A stretch of DNA of 64,000 nt, from positions 31,141-95,140 of IMG/VR virus record IMGVR_UViG_3300049847_000416. The stretch is one strand, 5' to 3'. This document shows positions 18,756 through 29,235 of the stretch, piece after piece. The notes under the pieces are model-generated. The model saw only the letters and a list, made by a program, of their open reading frames with translations, was not told the origin of the DNA and ran no database searches. Both the position numbers and the translations under genes were made by a program. Origin of the DNA: a virus. Position 1 is the first letter of the stretch, and every line of letters begins with the position of its first letter.

Positions 18756-19289
18756 CTAGGGGATCAGTTTGGCGAACGGAGCCACCGTACCACGGTACTC
18801 ACCAAAAAACAGGCGAGTGTCACAGCCCCCGACAGGGAGACTGATTGTGCGGTTTGGAACCGCGAGAGCTTGCACAATAGACGCCGGCGTCTGCACCGGT
18901 CTGAATTCCTGGGCCAGGCGGCGGAACGTCGCGCCACCCAAAGCACTGAAGTACCGCATCTGCGGCCCCTTGGACGGACCCGGCAAGGTACTCAATGCAT
19001 CAGACAGGAATCCAAGAGCCAGAAACAGCTTGTGCTTCTTGTTGGGCTTGTGGGCTGTCTCTAAAATCGTAAGATTCAGTGCTGGCGAAATCACGGAGAT
19101 CTGATCCACCTGGATCAGCCGACCTTCATCTACCGCGAGGGCTGCCGTAGTTGGGTTGCATACTGTGACCGAGTACAAACCAACACGGTGCTGCTTTTCT
19201 CCCACGGCTGACCGGAACGTGCTCAGCGGTACGTGAGAGTATTGGGCCACCGCCTGCGCCAGCGTAGCAACGACAAGGGGAAGGATCAT
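18756..19289 (-). CDS. putative secreted protein
   Basis: MILPLVVATLAQAVA|Q; two Cys. Confidence 0.6.
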   Translation of the reverse strand: MILPLVVATLAQAVAQYSHVPLSTFRSAVGEKQHRVGLYSVTVCNPTTAALAVDEGRLIQVDQISVISPALNLTILETAHKPNKKHKLFLALGFLSDALSTLPGPSKGPQMRYFSALGGATFRRLAQEFRPVQTPASIVQALAVPNRTISLPVGGCDTRLFFGEYRGTVAPFAKLIP

Positions 19290-19451
19290 CTACGCCTCTT
19301 GGCGGCTGCGTTCACGCAGAAGCAAAAGGCGGCAGCGACCGCCCAACCGAGACAGAACTGTAGTATGGTGATGATCATACGCTTAGTGTATCACACTGTG
19401 GAAAAGGACGGGAGAAAGCTCCCGTCCCAGCCCAGAACAAACCAAACAAAA

Positions 19452-19652
19452 TCAAGACAGCTTTTCCCACGCGGCTTGCACACGCTTCCACTGCTGGATG
19501 TCGCGGATCCCCGATTCCAGACGTGCAATATACCGGTTGAACTCGACCCCGAATGCGTTGAGACGCACGTCGTCCGTGGGAGCAGCCGCCGGCACTTCCT
19601 CTGCCTTCCGGCGAGCCCACTGGATCCATGCCCTACGCGTAATACTGATCAC
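19452..19652 (-). CDS. hypothetical protein
   Basis: overlaps upstream stop. Confidence 0.55.
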   Translation of the reverse strand: MISITRRAWIQWARRKAEEVPAAAPTDDVRLNAFGVEFNRYIARLESGIRDIQQWKRVQAAWEKLS

Positions 19653-19945
19653 GGAGCCAGGAGAGTGATCTCAGGCAGACTGTCCACAGTAGGACTGTCC
19701 ATCACCCACCCCTGGTTTTGAAAGGCGTCCCGGAGGATGCTATACAAATCCCCTTGCTGGCTGGACGCCCACAGAGGAGCAGTCTCAACCAGAGTCGCGT
19801 AGGAGAAAGGCACAACAACCCCGGACGGAGCCCCGAGCGCTTGCATTGTCGCGAGCAGCTTGGCTGCTAGCACGTTCCCTTGCTTGACCAGAGCAGCCCC
19901 CTGGACATCGCTGGGTTTCGGAATCGTTAGTGTGATAGATGGCAT
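19649..19945 (-). CDS. hypothetical protein
   Basis: ORF in operon. Confidence 0.6.
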   Translation of the reverse strand: MPSITLTIPKPSDVQGAALVKQGNVLAAKLLATMQALGAPSGVVVPFSYATLVETAPLWASSQQGDLYSILRDAFQNQGWVMDSPTVDSLPEITLLAP

Positions 19946-19947
19946 GA

Positions 19948-21168
19948 TTACATTGACACCACGAACACCCGACCTGCGCCACCTGCGCCACCTGCGCCAG
20001 AGGTAGTAGGAGGCCCTCCAATACCAGCGCTACCGCCGCCGCCGCCGCCACCAGGAACACCACCGGCACCACCGGCACAACCAGAAGTAGTAGTGGTCGA
20101 ACCTCCACCTCCGCCCCCTTCGCCTCCACGCAGATCTGTATAGCTAGTCCCGGCTGTTCCAGCCGTGCATGTGATACCGTTGTTGCCTGTAGCTGTTCCA
20201 ATGATGACGGCTTCAATGGCTCTAGCAGACGCACGAGCGGAAGCCGAAGTGGTACCAGCCGCACTCGTCCCACCGCCGCCACCTCCTGCACCTGCTCCAC
20301 GCAAACTAGATTGGGCGGTAACAACAGGTGCTGCTACAGCAGCAGCCCCATTACCCCCATTCACTCCTGGGATCTGGTTAGGGGACACCCCAAGCACGGC
20401 ACCGGCACCACCAGCAGCGGCAGCAGTGCCACCACTTCCACCACTAGGCGCATTAGCCGGAGCGAAAAGAGTACCAAAGCTGCTCAAGCCTCCTGTACCT
20501 CCTGAAGCCCCATTAGCTGGTGAAATGGCGGGTGCCCCCGCACCCCCACCGGCACCTACAGTAATGGTCACCTGTGAAGGGAGTGCCGAGCACGCGAAGT
20601 CCATGAAGAACATCGGAGAACTTGCGCCACCTCCCCCGCCACCATGAATCTGCACGGCCACGTTGTCAACACGGCCTGATCCCCCGCCACCACCTCCATG
20701 CCAGAGGTACACAGACACCTTACCGCATTTATCCGGTTTCTTCCACGTGCCGTTTGCCGCGAACATCTGATAGTTAGCGCCGTTATCCGCTACAGATTGC
20801 TGAGTAATCAACTGCCACAAGTTCTGCTCCCCATTCCACTGACAAGTGAAACTTGGGTAAACCGAGGTGGGTACCCCGTCGGGGGCGGCGGGGAGCGCCG
20901 TAGGGCAGTCCCAGTTGGAAGAGATTGTAATCGTCGAGATCGGGAAACCGCTAACGTTAGAAATCGTGATGCGCTGACCATCTACAATCCCAACGTCCAC
21001 TACCACCGGAAGGGCGGCGGCAGACGGATTCAACCGAACGTTGATCTGCTTGTCACCAGTTATCGGGACCGTAAACCCGGCTGTGAGATTGGTGATGTTG
21101 TAGGTAACTGTGTCGGTCTGACCAACCAAAACTGATGAAGCCACACAGGCGAGGAAAAGTAGTCTCAT
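19948..21168 (-). CDS. glycine-rich tail-fibre-like protein with signal peptide
   Basis: MRLLFLACVASSVLVG|Q; 'FAANGTWKKP...GGGGGGGSG...TITVGAGG...GAGGAGRVFV' glycine-rich phage domain. Confidence 0.8.
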   Translation of the reverse strand: MRLLFLACVASSVLVGQTDTVTYNITNLTAGFTVPITGDKQINVRLNPSAAALPVVVDVGIVDGQRITISNVSGFPISTITISSNWDCPTALPAAPDGVPTSVYPSFTCQWNGEQNLWQLITQQSVADNGANYQMFAANGTWKKPDKCGKVSVYLWHGGGGGGSGRVDNVAVQIHGGGGGGASSPMFFMDFACSALPSQVTITVGAGGGAGAPAISPANGASGGTGGLSSFGTLFAPANAPSGGSGGTAAAAGGAGAVLGVSPNQIPGVNGGNGAAAVAAPVVTAQSSLRGAGAGGGGGGTSAAGTTSASARASARAIEAVIIGTATGNNGITCTAGTAGTSYTDLRGGEGGGGGGSTTTTSGCAGGAGGVPGGGGGGGSAGIGGPPTTSGAGGAGGAGRVFVVSM

Positions 21169-21182
21169 AGTAATTTCCATAT

Positions 21183-21641
21183 CTAGAGCTTGTTCACAAT
21201 GAAACGAATGTTGTAGCTTGCCGTGCCAGTGGTGCAAGTATTCCCAACCGTAGTTTCGTAGGAGATATCTTGGCCTGAGGCCAAATGAACGAGGATGCTA
21301 CCAGACACATACCTCCGAGTAATACCAACTACTCCGCTACTCGCCTGCACAGAGGGACTACTGAAGATTCTGGCACCACCATCATTCCAGCGCAAGCGAA
21401 TAAAGTTGGTGGTGAATCCAGTTGTGCAAGCCGCATTCATCCACATGTGGTAGTCAATTCTACGCAAACCAACCGCGCCGCTCGTGACGAGATTGGTCTG
21501 TGCAACAGACGCTGAAGACGCACTAATTGTAATGTCTGCCTCAGGAGGAGCGGCTGCCCCACCTCCACCGCCACCCGTGCTGCCCGTCGATTGTGCGAGG
21601 AGTGCTGTTGCCAGCACTCCAATCATGAAAAGGTATCGCAT
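21183..21641 (-). CDS. secreted beta-rich protein (signal peptide)
   Basis: MRYLFMIGVLATALLA|Q; TAATG coupling to giant gene; two Cys. Confidence 0.75.
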   Translation of the reverse strand: MRYLFMIGVLATALLAQSTGSTGGGGGGAAAPPEADITISASSASVAQTNLVTSGAVGLRRIDYHMWMNAACTTGFTTNFIRLRWNDGGARIFSSPSVQASSGVVGITRRYVSGSILVHLASGQDISYETTVGNTCTTGTASYNIRFIVNKL

Positions 21642-24600
21642 TACTTTACCTGACCTCCGAAGAACACGGACGCGGACGCTGTCTGAGTGAAACACCCGGT
21701 CGTCGAGAACACGGCCACAATTCCTGTGGAGAAGTGGGCTGGGTACGTTTGATGGCTGAGACTCGTGGTCTGGTTGGCTGGAGCCACCACGCAGTGCACC
21801 GGAGTAACCGGCCCATCGGCGGGTGCTGTAGTTGAGTTGAACAGCATCAGATACCCGGCTGTGGCTCCCACCGTCACGTGCAGGCTGTACAGATTACCTG
21901 CACTCGTCTTCAGTGCGATGCTGGACGTAATCGCAGGCGAGGCCACCGGCAACAGAGCGTTTGCAGCCAACGAAGTTGGTGCGTTGATAATCTCCGTGCG
22001 TCCGCTGGCGTCACGAACTTCGGGGTTCGCCACTGCGATGGGGCCTTGCCCCTGGGAGGGACTCGTGAACCATGACAAATTCACAGAACCCGACGTATAA
22101 GAAGTGGCTCTCAAACGCACGTCCACCAAACCCACGGTGTTGATCGTGCCAATAACCGGCCCAGTAAAAGGCCCGTATGTGAGAACTTCGCCACCCGTGG
22201 CCCCACTGACTTGCACCGGAATGCGAATCCATGCAGTGCCACCCTGTCTACCCTCAACTACCAGCGAGGCCACAAATGGACCCGCGTTGGACAATCTAAA
22301 GGACATGCTGGGAGACCCTGGGGGCACAATCAAAGACGCTGACGAATTGGCTGTTGGTGTACCTGTGATGAGCGTTTGACCAAACCCGGTTGACGTGGTC
22401 ACTGACGCCACGTCAGCAGCAGATATCACGGCACCCGCCGATCCGTTGGCGTAGCTACCCTGCACTGCAAACAGCGGTTGACTAGCCGTACCACCCTGCC
22501 CATTCGGAGACAGGCTAACAGGTACTGAGGTTTCTGTGCCATCCGTGGAAGTGGATGGGGGCACAAGCGTCAGGCTATTGATCCCGTCTGACTGCTGCAC
22601 AGTGAAAGGTGTTGCGGCATCGTTTTGATCGACCTTCAAACCATCCTGAACCTTTACAGCGTTCAAGACAGCTTTCAACACGCCATCGGGCATCGTTGCG
22701 AACTGAACATCCGCTTGACCAGTCATCGGTGCAATCGAACGAACGCGGATACGAATCATACCCGAAGTGCTAACCAATCCAGAGAAAGGGCTTGTGAAAG
22801 TTGAAGCAGCAGTCGTTACTCCCATCTGGTGTAGAGGCAACCGGGTCCAGTAGGCATTGTCAAACGTACCTTCGACTGCTAGAGTGCCCGTGAACGTATT
22901 TGTCACCTGAATGTAAGCCGCGTTCACCTGAGACAGTCCGCCAAGATCATGGAAAGACAGGGCCGTCGGTGTTCCAGTGACGACGATCTGCCCATTTGCA
23001 ACCGCCACAGCGGTTGACCCTGCGTCTTGAGTGGTGATGGCCGTGATGCTGGTAAGAGCCTGTCCACGGTTAGCGAGAACTGTACGCAGCGTACCGGCGT
23101 CAGAAACTCCGTAGTTGACGGAAGGCGCGATGTTGTTGATCCCCAGCAAATTCGTAGAAGATACCAGAGCGTCAGGAATGTGGTCCCCGGAGTACAGCGT
23201 AGTAACCGTAAGCAGACCTCCGGTAATCGCACTGTTTACCCGCATTTTCACAAAGCGATATGGCGTGTTAACAACGAAGAACTTAGCTGTGTTATTTGCC
23301 ACAACCGGCTGGAGCGCGACAAAACCAAACTCCTCATCTCTCACAGAAAGAGTATAGTAGTCCGTCCCGTTGTTGGACCCTTGGAAGACGTAGGAGCCGC
23401 CAGTGACACCAGAGCCGGTAACGCCAATGCGCAAAGAGCGCACCGCATAACCCACGCCGGTCTGCTGAAGGTCCACAGCATCAGCCGATCCATCCTTAGC
23501 CAGGAGATTACCACCCACTACGGTTACGCCCGTGGTGGTCACGGTAATTTCCTTGGATGGCGGAACGTTGCGATACCCGCCGATTTCGATGTACCCGGTC
23601 CAGGTTGCCAAAGACGGATCCGCTGCTACGCTCGCACGCAAATAAGGTGCGTCGGTCACGAAGCTGAAAAATCGATTCCACGCATTAAACTTGTATGTGG
23701 TAGTTGGACGCCACGTAACTGCGTCGTTGCTTTCTTCCACTGTGATCGTCGATGTCAGCGCATCCGATGTTGCGGAAGCTTGAGCCGGAATAGACACCTG
23801 CCAATAACGGCAACCCCGCATTGAAGCAGGCTGCCCACTCGGGGTAGCAATACCCGTGTTCTTGTCAATCGTCTGATCGTAGCTCCACGGTGTACCTCCG
23901 CCCACGCCGGGATTCCAGGTATCCCGGCAAAGTGCTTCATTGGCGGTATACAGCGTGTTCTGCTGATTGCTAATCGGACGGGTGCCAGACCCATCTGCTT
24001 TGGAGCTTGCGTACTGATCATGGGCAGCATACTTGAACTGTCCGCTTGCTAGATTCCACTCAACAGGAACATGCGCCTGTCGCCAACCATCCAAACGGAC
24101 GGTGTAAACCGCACCAATCGGACCAGTGCTGTTAACACGAAGTTGGTTTGCACCAAAGCCGAGGACAGACGGCTGAATAGCGAAGTCTCTGTAGCCCGGT
24201 GAAACGAGAGTTCCGCTCAGGTTGACTCCCCCAAATCCGGCGGCGGTGTGCAATTCGTACACCCCAGAGGAGCTAACCGTACCAGCCGCGTTCGCAGCTT
24301 CAATAAATGTGGCATGTGAACCCGCCGTGTTCACACCAGGTAGAATCATTCTCCAGAACATGCACCCGCGAACATCGGAGACAGACTGGCTCTTGTTGTC
24401 GTAGAAGGCTGACGCAACCGGCGCGCCGGTACCTGTGAAGGTGTACGTGATGGAGCAATCTGGCACCGGCTGAGAAGAAGAGCTACTCACTTGAACCAGA
24501 CCGCCCAGGATCGGCAGCTTTTCAGATACCGTAACGTAGGATTTCGTGATCACAACATTCGCAGTTCCAGTCATAACAGCGGTTGACCGAACGCGGACGT

Positions 24601-27600
24601 TCGTCATGCCCACCGTGCTCACGGTTCCTTGGAAATTCTGAGTGAACGACGTACCAGGGGCAACCATCTCCGTTTGAGAAACAACCGCAGGCGTCCAGGT
24701 AGTTCCATTGTCCGCTGAGACTTCCAGACGAACCGTACCCGTCCAGGTTCCTTTGACCAGGACATGCACGGATGGGACGCTCACGAGGCTGATTGCCGCA
24801 GCAGAGAGCGCTGTAGGCGCTCCCGTGATGAACAACTGACCGTTGGCACCAACAGACTGCACAGAAACGATGTCCTGTGTGCTGATCGAGATGCTATTCA
24901 CCTGATCCTGTGGGCCGACAGTGTCCACCAACAGGCGATTGGTGAGAGGGGACTTCGGGAGATTGTTCACCGACACATCATTGACGCCGACTGTCTTGAT
25001 GATGGAAACGCCCACCGTACCTGAAGTCCAACTCAACAGGCGAATGCGGTAGTGGGTCGCACCCAAGGTGGATACCACGCCCACGAACGAATTTTCGTTG
25101 GCAACAGGGGACACAAAAGACGTAGCATTGTAAGCCACTCCATTCTGCTGAACAGAGGCGGGTGTGTAGGTCAAGCCACCGTCGAAGCTGATCTCTGAAC
25201 TGATAGCCGACACACCAACCTGAACCGCAGTCACCCGGATAGCGGAAACAGACGACAGAGGGAACACCGCTGCGGAACCGGCGTCAGGGACACCAGCAAA
25301 CGTCTGTTGACCATTCGCCAGAGTGGTGGTAACCACTGTAGCGTCATTCACCGTCAAGGTGATCGGACCAGCCGTTGTGTCAGCAGCAGCCGCTGTATTG
25401 ACCTGGAGCACACCTCCCGAAATGGGGAGCTTTTCCTGCAAAGGGCTGTAGGTCGCCAGGAGTACAACGTTAGCCGTACCAGTCATGACAGCGGTGGAGC
25501 GCACGCGAATGTGTGTAGCACCATTCACAGAGACAGCGCCCACGAAGTTGGCAATAAAGGAAGTCGCCGGAGCCGTAGTATTGGTTTGGGAAACGGCTGT
25601 AGGCACCCACGTGGTTCCACCATCAATGGAGGTTTCCACCTGCAAAGTACCGGTCCAGATTCCGGTCACTTGGATACGCGCCGTCTGGTTGCTGGTAAGC
25701 GTGGCCTGCACGAAGGACGCAACGGTAGGAACACCCGTAATCAAAGACTGCCCGTTCGCTCCAGCAGTTGATACAGACACAATGTCCTGGGCTGTGATCG
25801 CCGCAGAAGTGGAGGTGTCGGGCGGGTTCTGAGCATCCACTTGAACGCGGCTGGTGACCGTGTTCTGGGGCAGATTCGAGATAGACACAGAGGACGGCCC
25901 TGCCGTCTTGACCACGGTAACACTGAGTGTACCAGAGGTGAACGTGGTGACACGAACTCGCAGATGAGTTGCACCCTGCGTGTTGACCGTACCCACCAAG
26001 TTCATCTGGGTGCCGACTGCACCGGTCCAGGCCGAGAAAGGCTTGACAACCTCAGGCTGCAATATGTCTGCCCGGTAGAATCTAACACCACCGTCGAAGC
26101 TGACTTCAGCCACCGCAGTACCGATCATGTTTCCAGTCGTTTGCAACTTCACAAGGGGAACGGACGCCAGAGTGAACAAAGCTTCAGAGCCGGCAGTAGC
26201 CAAGCTTCCGTTGGTGAAAGTTTTTCCGTTGGCGAGAGTGCCTGAGGTGGTTCCGCTGTCATCGACGGTAAGAACAACCGGACCTGCGGTGGTGTCCGCA
26301 GCCGATGCCGTGTTCACCTGAACCTTGCCGCCCACGATGGGCATTTTGTCTTTGGCTGTGGTATAGCGGGCGTACAGCGCAACCTGCGCAGTTCCGGTAT
26401 GAACAGCCGTCTCGCGGATTCGGACGCCCACGGCACCCTGGGTGTCCACGGTTCCAGCAAAATTCTGCGTAAACAGTGTGGAAGGCGCAACGGTGTCAGT
26501 CTGAGACACGGCTACAGGGATCCAGATGGTTCCGTCATAGGTGATTTCCGCTTGCAGGCTGCCCGTCCAGGCGTTTGATGCCTGAACCACCACTGAAGGA
26601 ATGTTGTTCAGTGTGGCGGTTGCGAAAGATGCAGCGGTAGGAACACCAGTCACAAAAGACTGGCCGTTCGCCCCGGCTGCGGTAACCGAAACAACGTCCC
26701 GTGCGGTGATGTTGCTGGTGCTGAGCAGCGCATCGGGAACAGGAGCCGTCTCCACCTGAACGCGGTTGAGAGCGCTCTTGGGTAAGTTGTTGATGGAAAC
26801 GACGCCGGCAGTCGGGCTCTCCACAATGGAGACAGCCGCATTTGCGGCGGTGAACGAGGTGCAACGAATCCGGTAGTGAGTGGCTCCCGCCGTGTTCACC
26901 TTACCCGTGATCTGGTCTTCAGTACCTGTGGTGGTAAAAGCCGAGCTACCGATGGAGGTGCCTTCTTGGAGCACGGGGGCCGGGAACCAAGTCCCGCCTC
27001 CGTCAAAGCTGATTTCAGACAGCAACGTACCAGCGAAACCACCGGTGACCATGTTCACCTGTACAGAGGCGGCAGACGCCAGTACGAAGGCCGCAGCGGA
27101 TCCCGCTGTGGGAACACCAATCGTGTAAGTCTGGCCATTCACGCCGGTGGTAGTAACCGCCACGGCGTCTTGCGCACTGATGTTGATCGTGGCAGACGGG
27201 ATGTTTGCGGGAGCGCTGGCCCCGCTCACCTGGAGCTTGCCGCCCAAGATGGGCAACACCTGTGGTCCCGGCTGGTAAGACGGGACGAGGGACACAATCG
27301 CTGTGCCAGTCATAGCGGCGACCGCACGGATACGCAGGTTCGTCGCACCAACCGTATTCACTTGGCCGATGAAGTTCTGGGTGAAGGAAGAGGACGTGGC
27401 CGTAGAATCGGCCTGCACAACGACTGCCCGCGTCCAGGTGACGCCGCTGTCAATCGAAGTTTCTACCTGGAGGGTACCGCTCCACGTACCCTTCGCCTGA
27501 ACCATGGTCGTTTGGTTGCCGATCAAGGCAACCTGTGCAAAAGAGTTCACGGTCGGCGGTCCATTGGTGAAGAACGGTTGCCCATTGGCTCCCGCTGAAG

Positions 27601-29155
27601 TGACAACCACGGCGTCTTGAGTCGTGATGTTGATGGCGCTCGCAACACCGTCAACCGGAACGCTCACCTGAACTTTATTGTTCGAGATGGGCAGCTTGTC
27701 GGGGACCGCACCTGAGGACTTCACGAACGCCACTGACGCGGAACCCGTCATGACAGCAGTCGAGCGCACGCGCACGTCGGTTGCGCCAATAGTCGTCAAG
27801 GAAGCGATGAAATTCTGGGTGAAAGAACTGGCTGGAGCAGTGGTGCCAGTCTGTGAGACAACAGTCGGGGTCCAATTCGCCCCGTTGTCCATCGAAGTTT
27901 CGACCTGGAGGTTTCCCGTCCAGGTTCCGGTGACTTGGATCCGTGTGGTTTGGGTACCACTGAGGGTAGTCGCCGCGAAGGATGCGGCAGTCGGAACACC
28001 AGTCACCAAGCTTTGGCCATTGGCAGCGGCAGCAGTAGCGGACACGATGTCCTGCGTAGTAACCGCAACGGCGGCAACTGCTGTGTCTGCTGTACTGGTG
28101 GCAGCGGCGTAGCGCCACTCGTTAGCGGTTGAGTTGTAAGTTACCGGAACCGGAGCCGTGCGCCAGCCATCGACCCTAATTTGATACACGATACCCGTGC
28201 CGCCACGAGTGCGGACGCGCAACATACCTACACCATTGGAGGTAGCAGTGACGTTCGGAACAACCGCAACGTCTTGGTACCGGCTGGTGGCGTGGGTACC
28301 AATCAAAGACGGCACACCTCCGCCGTCCAGGCGATAGAACCCGTTGACGCTGGTCGTACCAGCCAATGTTCGCCCCTCAAGCGTTAAAGCAGCCATCAAA
28401 GCCGCAGAGGTATTCGGCAGCATGACGATACGCCAGAAAGTGCAACCCCGTCGATCCGCAGCCGACTGCGGAGCATTCGAGTAATCAGCGCTAAACAAAT
28501 CCGTTGCCGCACCGGCTCCCGTGAATGTGGTGGTAAAAGAACAGTCGGGCGTGCTCAAACTCGCTTGTGGAACGGTGGAGAGCAGTTCGGCGGGGGGTGT
28601 TCTGAAACCAAACAACTTGGCTTCGAGTGTCGTAGCTCCCGCAGCCGTATACGTCAGGCGCAGCCAGGGCGTGTAGCCAGACAGTACGGCTGCGCCGTAG
28701 CCAACGGCTTCAGTGGAAGTCTGAGACCCGTTGACGGGGGTGAGACCAGACGTGGCGTACACACCAGGAGTACCGCCCACATCCGCCGCCGTTTGGAGGT
28801 TGACGGTAGTGGACGTGGTGTTAGGGTGGTTCCACACCAGCACCCAATACCGGCAGGACGTAGTCGCGGCGCTGTTCGTGCGATTGTCCAAATCGGTGGA
28901 CGTACCGCTGGTGGCGGCGGCTGTGACAGAGTAGGTCAGAGCGCAGTCGGCAGAAGCGGTGGACCCAGCCACCAGCAAATTTCCAGACGCGTCCACCTTG
29001 AGCGTTTGTAGGACTAGGCCGGGGTCAATGCCCTGGACCGCGACGGGATTCGTCACCGTAACCGCACCCGAAGCACCCGAACCACCCCCGGACGGGGGAA
29101 ACTGAGCGAACGCCGAAGCGGTCAATAGCGAAACAGCAATCCAAATCTTGCGCAT
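21641..29155 (-). CDS. giant (~2,500 aa) repeat protein with signal peptide; fibre/adhesin-like
   Basis: MRKIWIAVSLLTASAFA|Q; about 15 beta modules, ten of them 'QD....ANGQ...G.PT..S...WTGTLQVE.S.D.G.TW'. Confidence 0.85.
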   Translation of the reverse strand: MRKIWIAVSLLTASAFAQFPPSGGGSGASGAVTVTNPVAVQGIDPGLVLQTLKVDASGNLLVAGSTASADCALTYSVTAAATSGTSTDLDNRTNSAATTSCRYWVLVWNHPNTTSTTVNLQTAADVGGTPGVYATSGLTPVNGSQTSTEAVGYGAAVLSGYTPWLRLTYTAAGATTLEAKLFGFRTPPAELLSTVPQASLSTPDCSFTTTFTGAGAATDLFSADYSNAPQSAADRRGCTFWRIVMLPNTSAALMAALTLEGRTLAGTTSVNGFYRLDGGGVPSLIGTHATSRYQDVAVVPNVTATSNGVGMLRVRTRGGTGIVYQIRVDGWRTAPVPVTYNSTANEWRYAAATSTADTAVAAVAVTTQDIVSATAAAANGQSLVTGVPTAASFAATTLSGTQTTRIQVTGTWTGNLQVETSMDNGANWTPTVVSQTGTTAPASSFTQNFIASLTTIGATDVRVRSTAVMTGSASVAFVKSSGAVPDKLPISNNKVQVSVPVDGVASAINITTQDAVVVTSAGANGQPFFTNGPPTVNSFAQVALIGNQTTMVQAKGTWSGTLQVETSIDSGVTWTRAVVVQADSTATSSSFTQNFIGQVNTVGATNLRIRAVAAMTGTAIVSLVPSYQPGPQVLPILGGKLQVSGASAPANIPSATINISAQDAVAVTTTGVNGQTYTIGVPTAGSAAAFVLASAASVQVNMVTGGFAGTLLSEISFDGGGTWFPAPVLQEGTSIGSSAFTTTGTEDQITGKVNTAGATHYRIRCTSFTAANAAVSIVESPTAGVVSINNLPKSALNRVQVETAPVPDALLSTSNITARDVVSVTAAGANGQSFVTGVPTAASFATATLNNIPSVVVQASNAWTGSLQAEITYDGTIWIPVAVSQTDTVAPSTLFTQNFAGTVDTQGAVGVRIRETAVHTGTAQVALYARYTTAKDKMPIVGGKVQVNTASAADTTAGPVVLTVDDSGTTSGTLANGKTFTNGSLATAGSEALFTLASVPLVKLQTTGNMIGTAVAEVSFDGGVRFYRADILQPEVVKPFSAWTGAVGTQMNLVGTVNTQGATHLRVRVTTFTSGTLSVTVVKTAGPSSVSISNLPQNTVTSRVQVDAQNPPDTSTSAAITAQDIVSVSTAGANGQSLITGVPTVASFVQATLTSNQTARIQVTGIWTGTLQVETSIDGGTTWVPTAVSQTNTTAPATSFIANFVGAVSVNGATHIRVRSTAVMTGTANVVLLATYSPLQEKLPISGGVLQVNTAAAADTTAGPITLTVNDATVVTTTLANGQQTFAGVPDAGSAAVFPLSSVSAIRVTAVQVGVSAISSEISFDGGLTYTPASVQQNGVAYNATSFVSPVANENSFVGVVSTLGATHYRIRLLSWTSGTVGVSIIKTVGVNDVSVNNLPKSPLTNRLLVDTVGPQDQVNSISISTQDIVSVQSVGANGQLFITGAPTALSAAAISLVSVPSVHVLVKGTWTGTVRLEVSADNGTTWTPAVVSQTEMVAPGTSFTQNFQGTVSTVGMTNVRVRSTAVMTGTANVVITKSYVTVSEKLPILGGLVQVSSSSSQPVPDCSITYTFTGTGAPVASAFYDNKSQSVSDVRGCMFWRMILPGVNTAGSHATFIEAANAAGTVSSSGVYELHTAAGFGGVNLSGTLVSPGYRDFAIQPSVLGFGANQLRVNSTGPIGAVYTVRLDGWRQAHVPVEWNLASGQFKYAAHDQYASSKADGSGTRPISNQQNTLYTANEALCRDTWNPGVGGGTPWSYDQTIDKNTGIATPSGQPASMRGCRYWQVSIPAQASATSDALTSTITVEESNDAVTWRPTTTYKFNAWNRFFSFVTDAPYLRASVAADPSLATWTGYIEIGGYRNVPPSKEITVTTTGVTVVGGNLLAKDGSADAVDLQQTGVGYAVRSLRIGVTGSGVTGGSYVFQGSNNGTDYYTLSVRDEEFGFVALQPVVANNTAKFFVVNTPYRFVKMRVNSAITGGLLTVTTLYSGDHIPDALVSSTNLLGINNIAPSVNYGVSDAGTLRTVLANRGQALTSITAITTQDAGSTAVAVANGQIVVTGTPTALSFHDLGGLSQVNAAYIQVTNTFTGTLAVEGTFDNAYWTRLPLHQMGVTTAASTFTSPFSGLVSTSGMIRIRVRSIAPMTGQADVQFATMPDGVLKAVLNAVKVQDGLKVDQNDAATPFTVQQSDGINSLTLVPPSTSTDGTETSVPVSLSPNGQGGTASQPLFAVQGSYANGSAGAVISAADVASVTTSTGFGQTLITGTPTANSSASLIVPPGSPSMSFRLSNAGPFVASLVVEGRQGGTAWIRIPVQVSGATGGEVLTYGPFTGPVIGTINTVGLVDVRLRATSYTSGSVNLSWFTSPSQGQGPIAVANPEVRDASGRTEIINAPTSLAANALLPVASPAITSSIALKTSAGNLYSLHVTVGATAGYLMLFNSTTAPADGPVTPVHCVVAPANQTTSLSHQTYPAHFSTGIVAVFSTTGCFTQTASASVFFGGQVK

Positions 29156-29235
29156 ATGATGTCTACCTGATAGTATCGGCAGCCTCACATCTGTGTGGGC
29201 TGAACAAGCGGTTCAGAAATTTTCTGAGCCCACCA

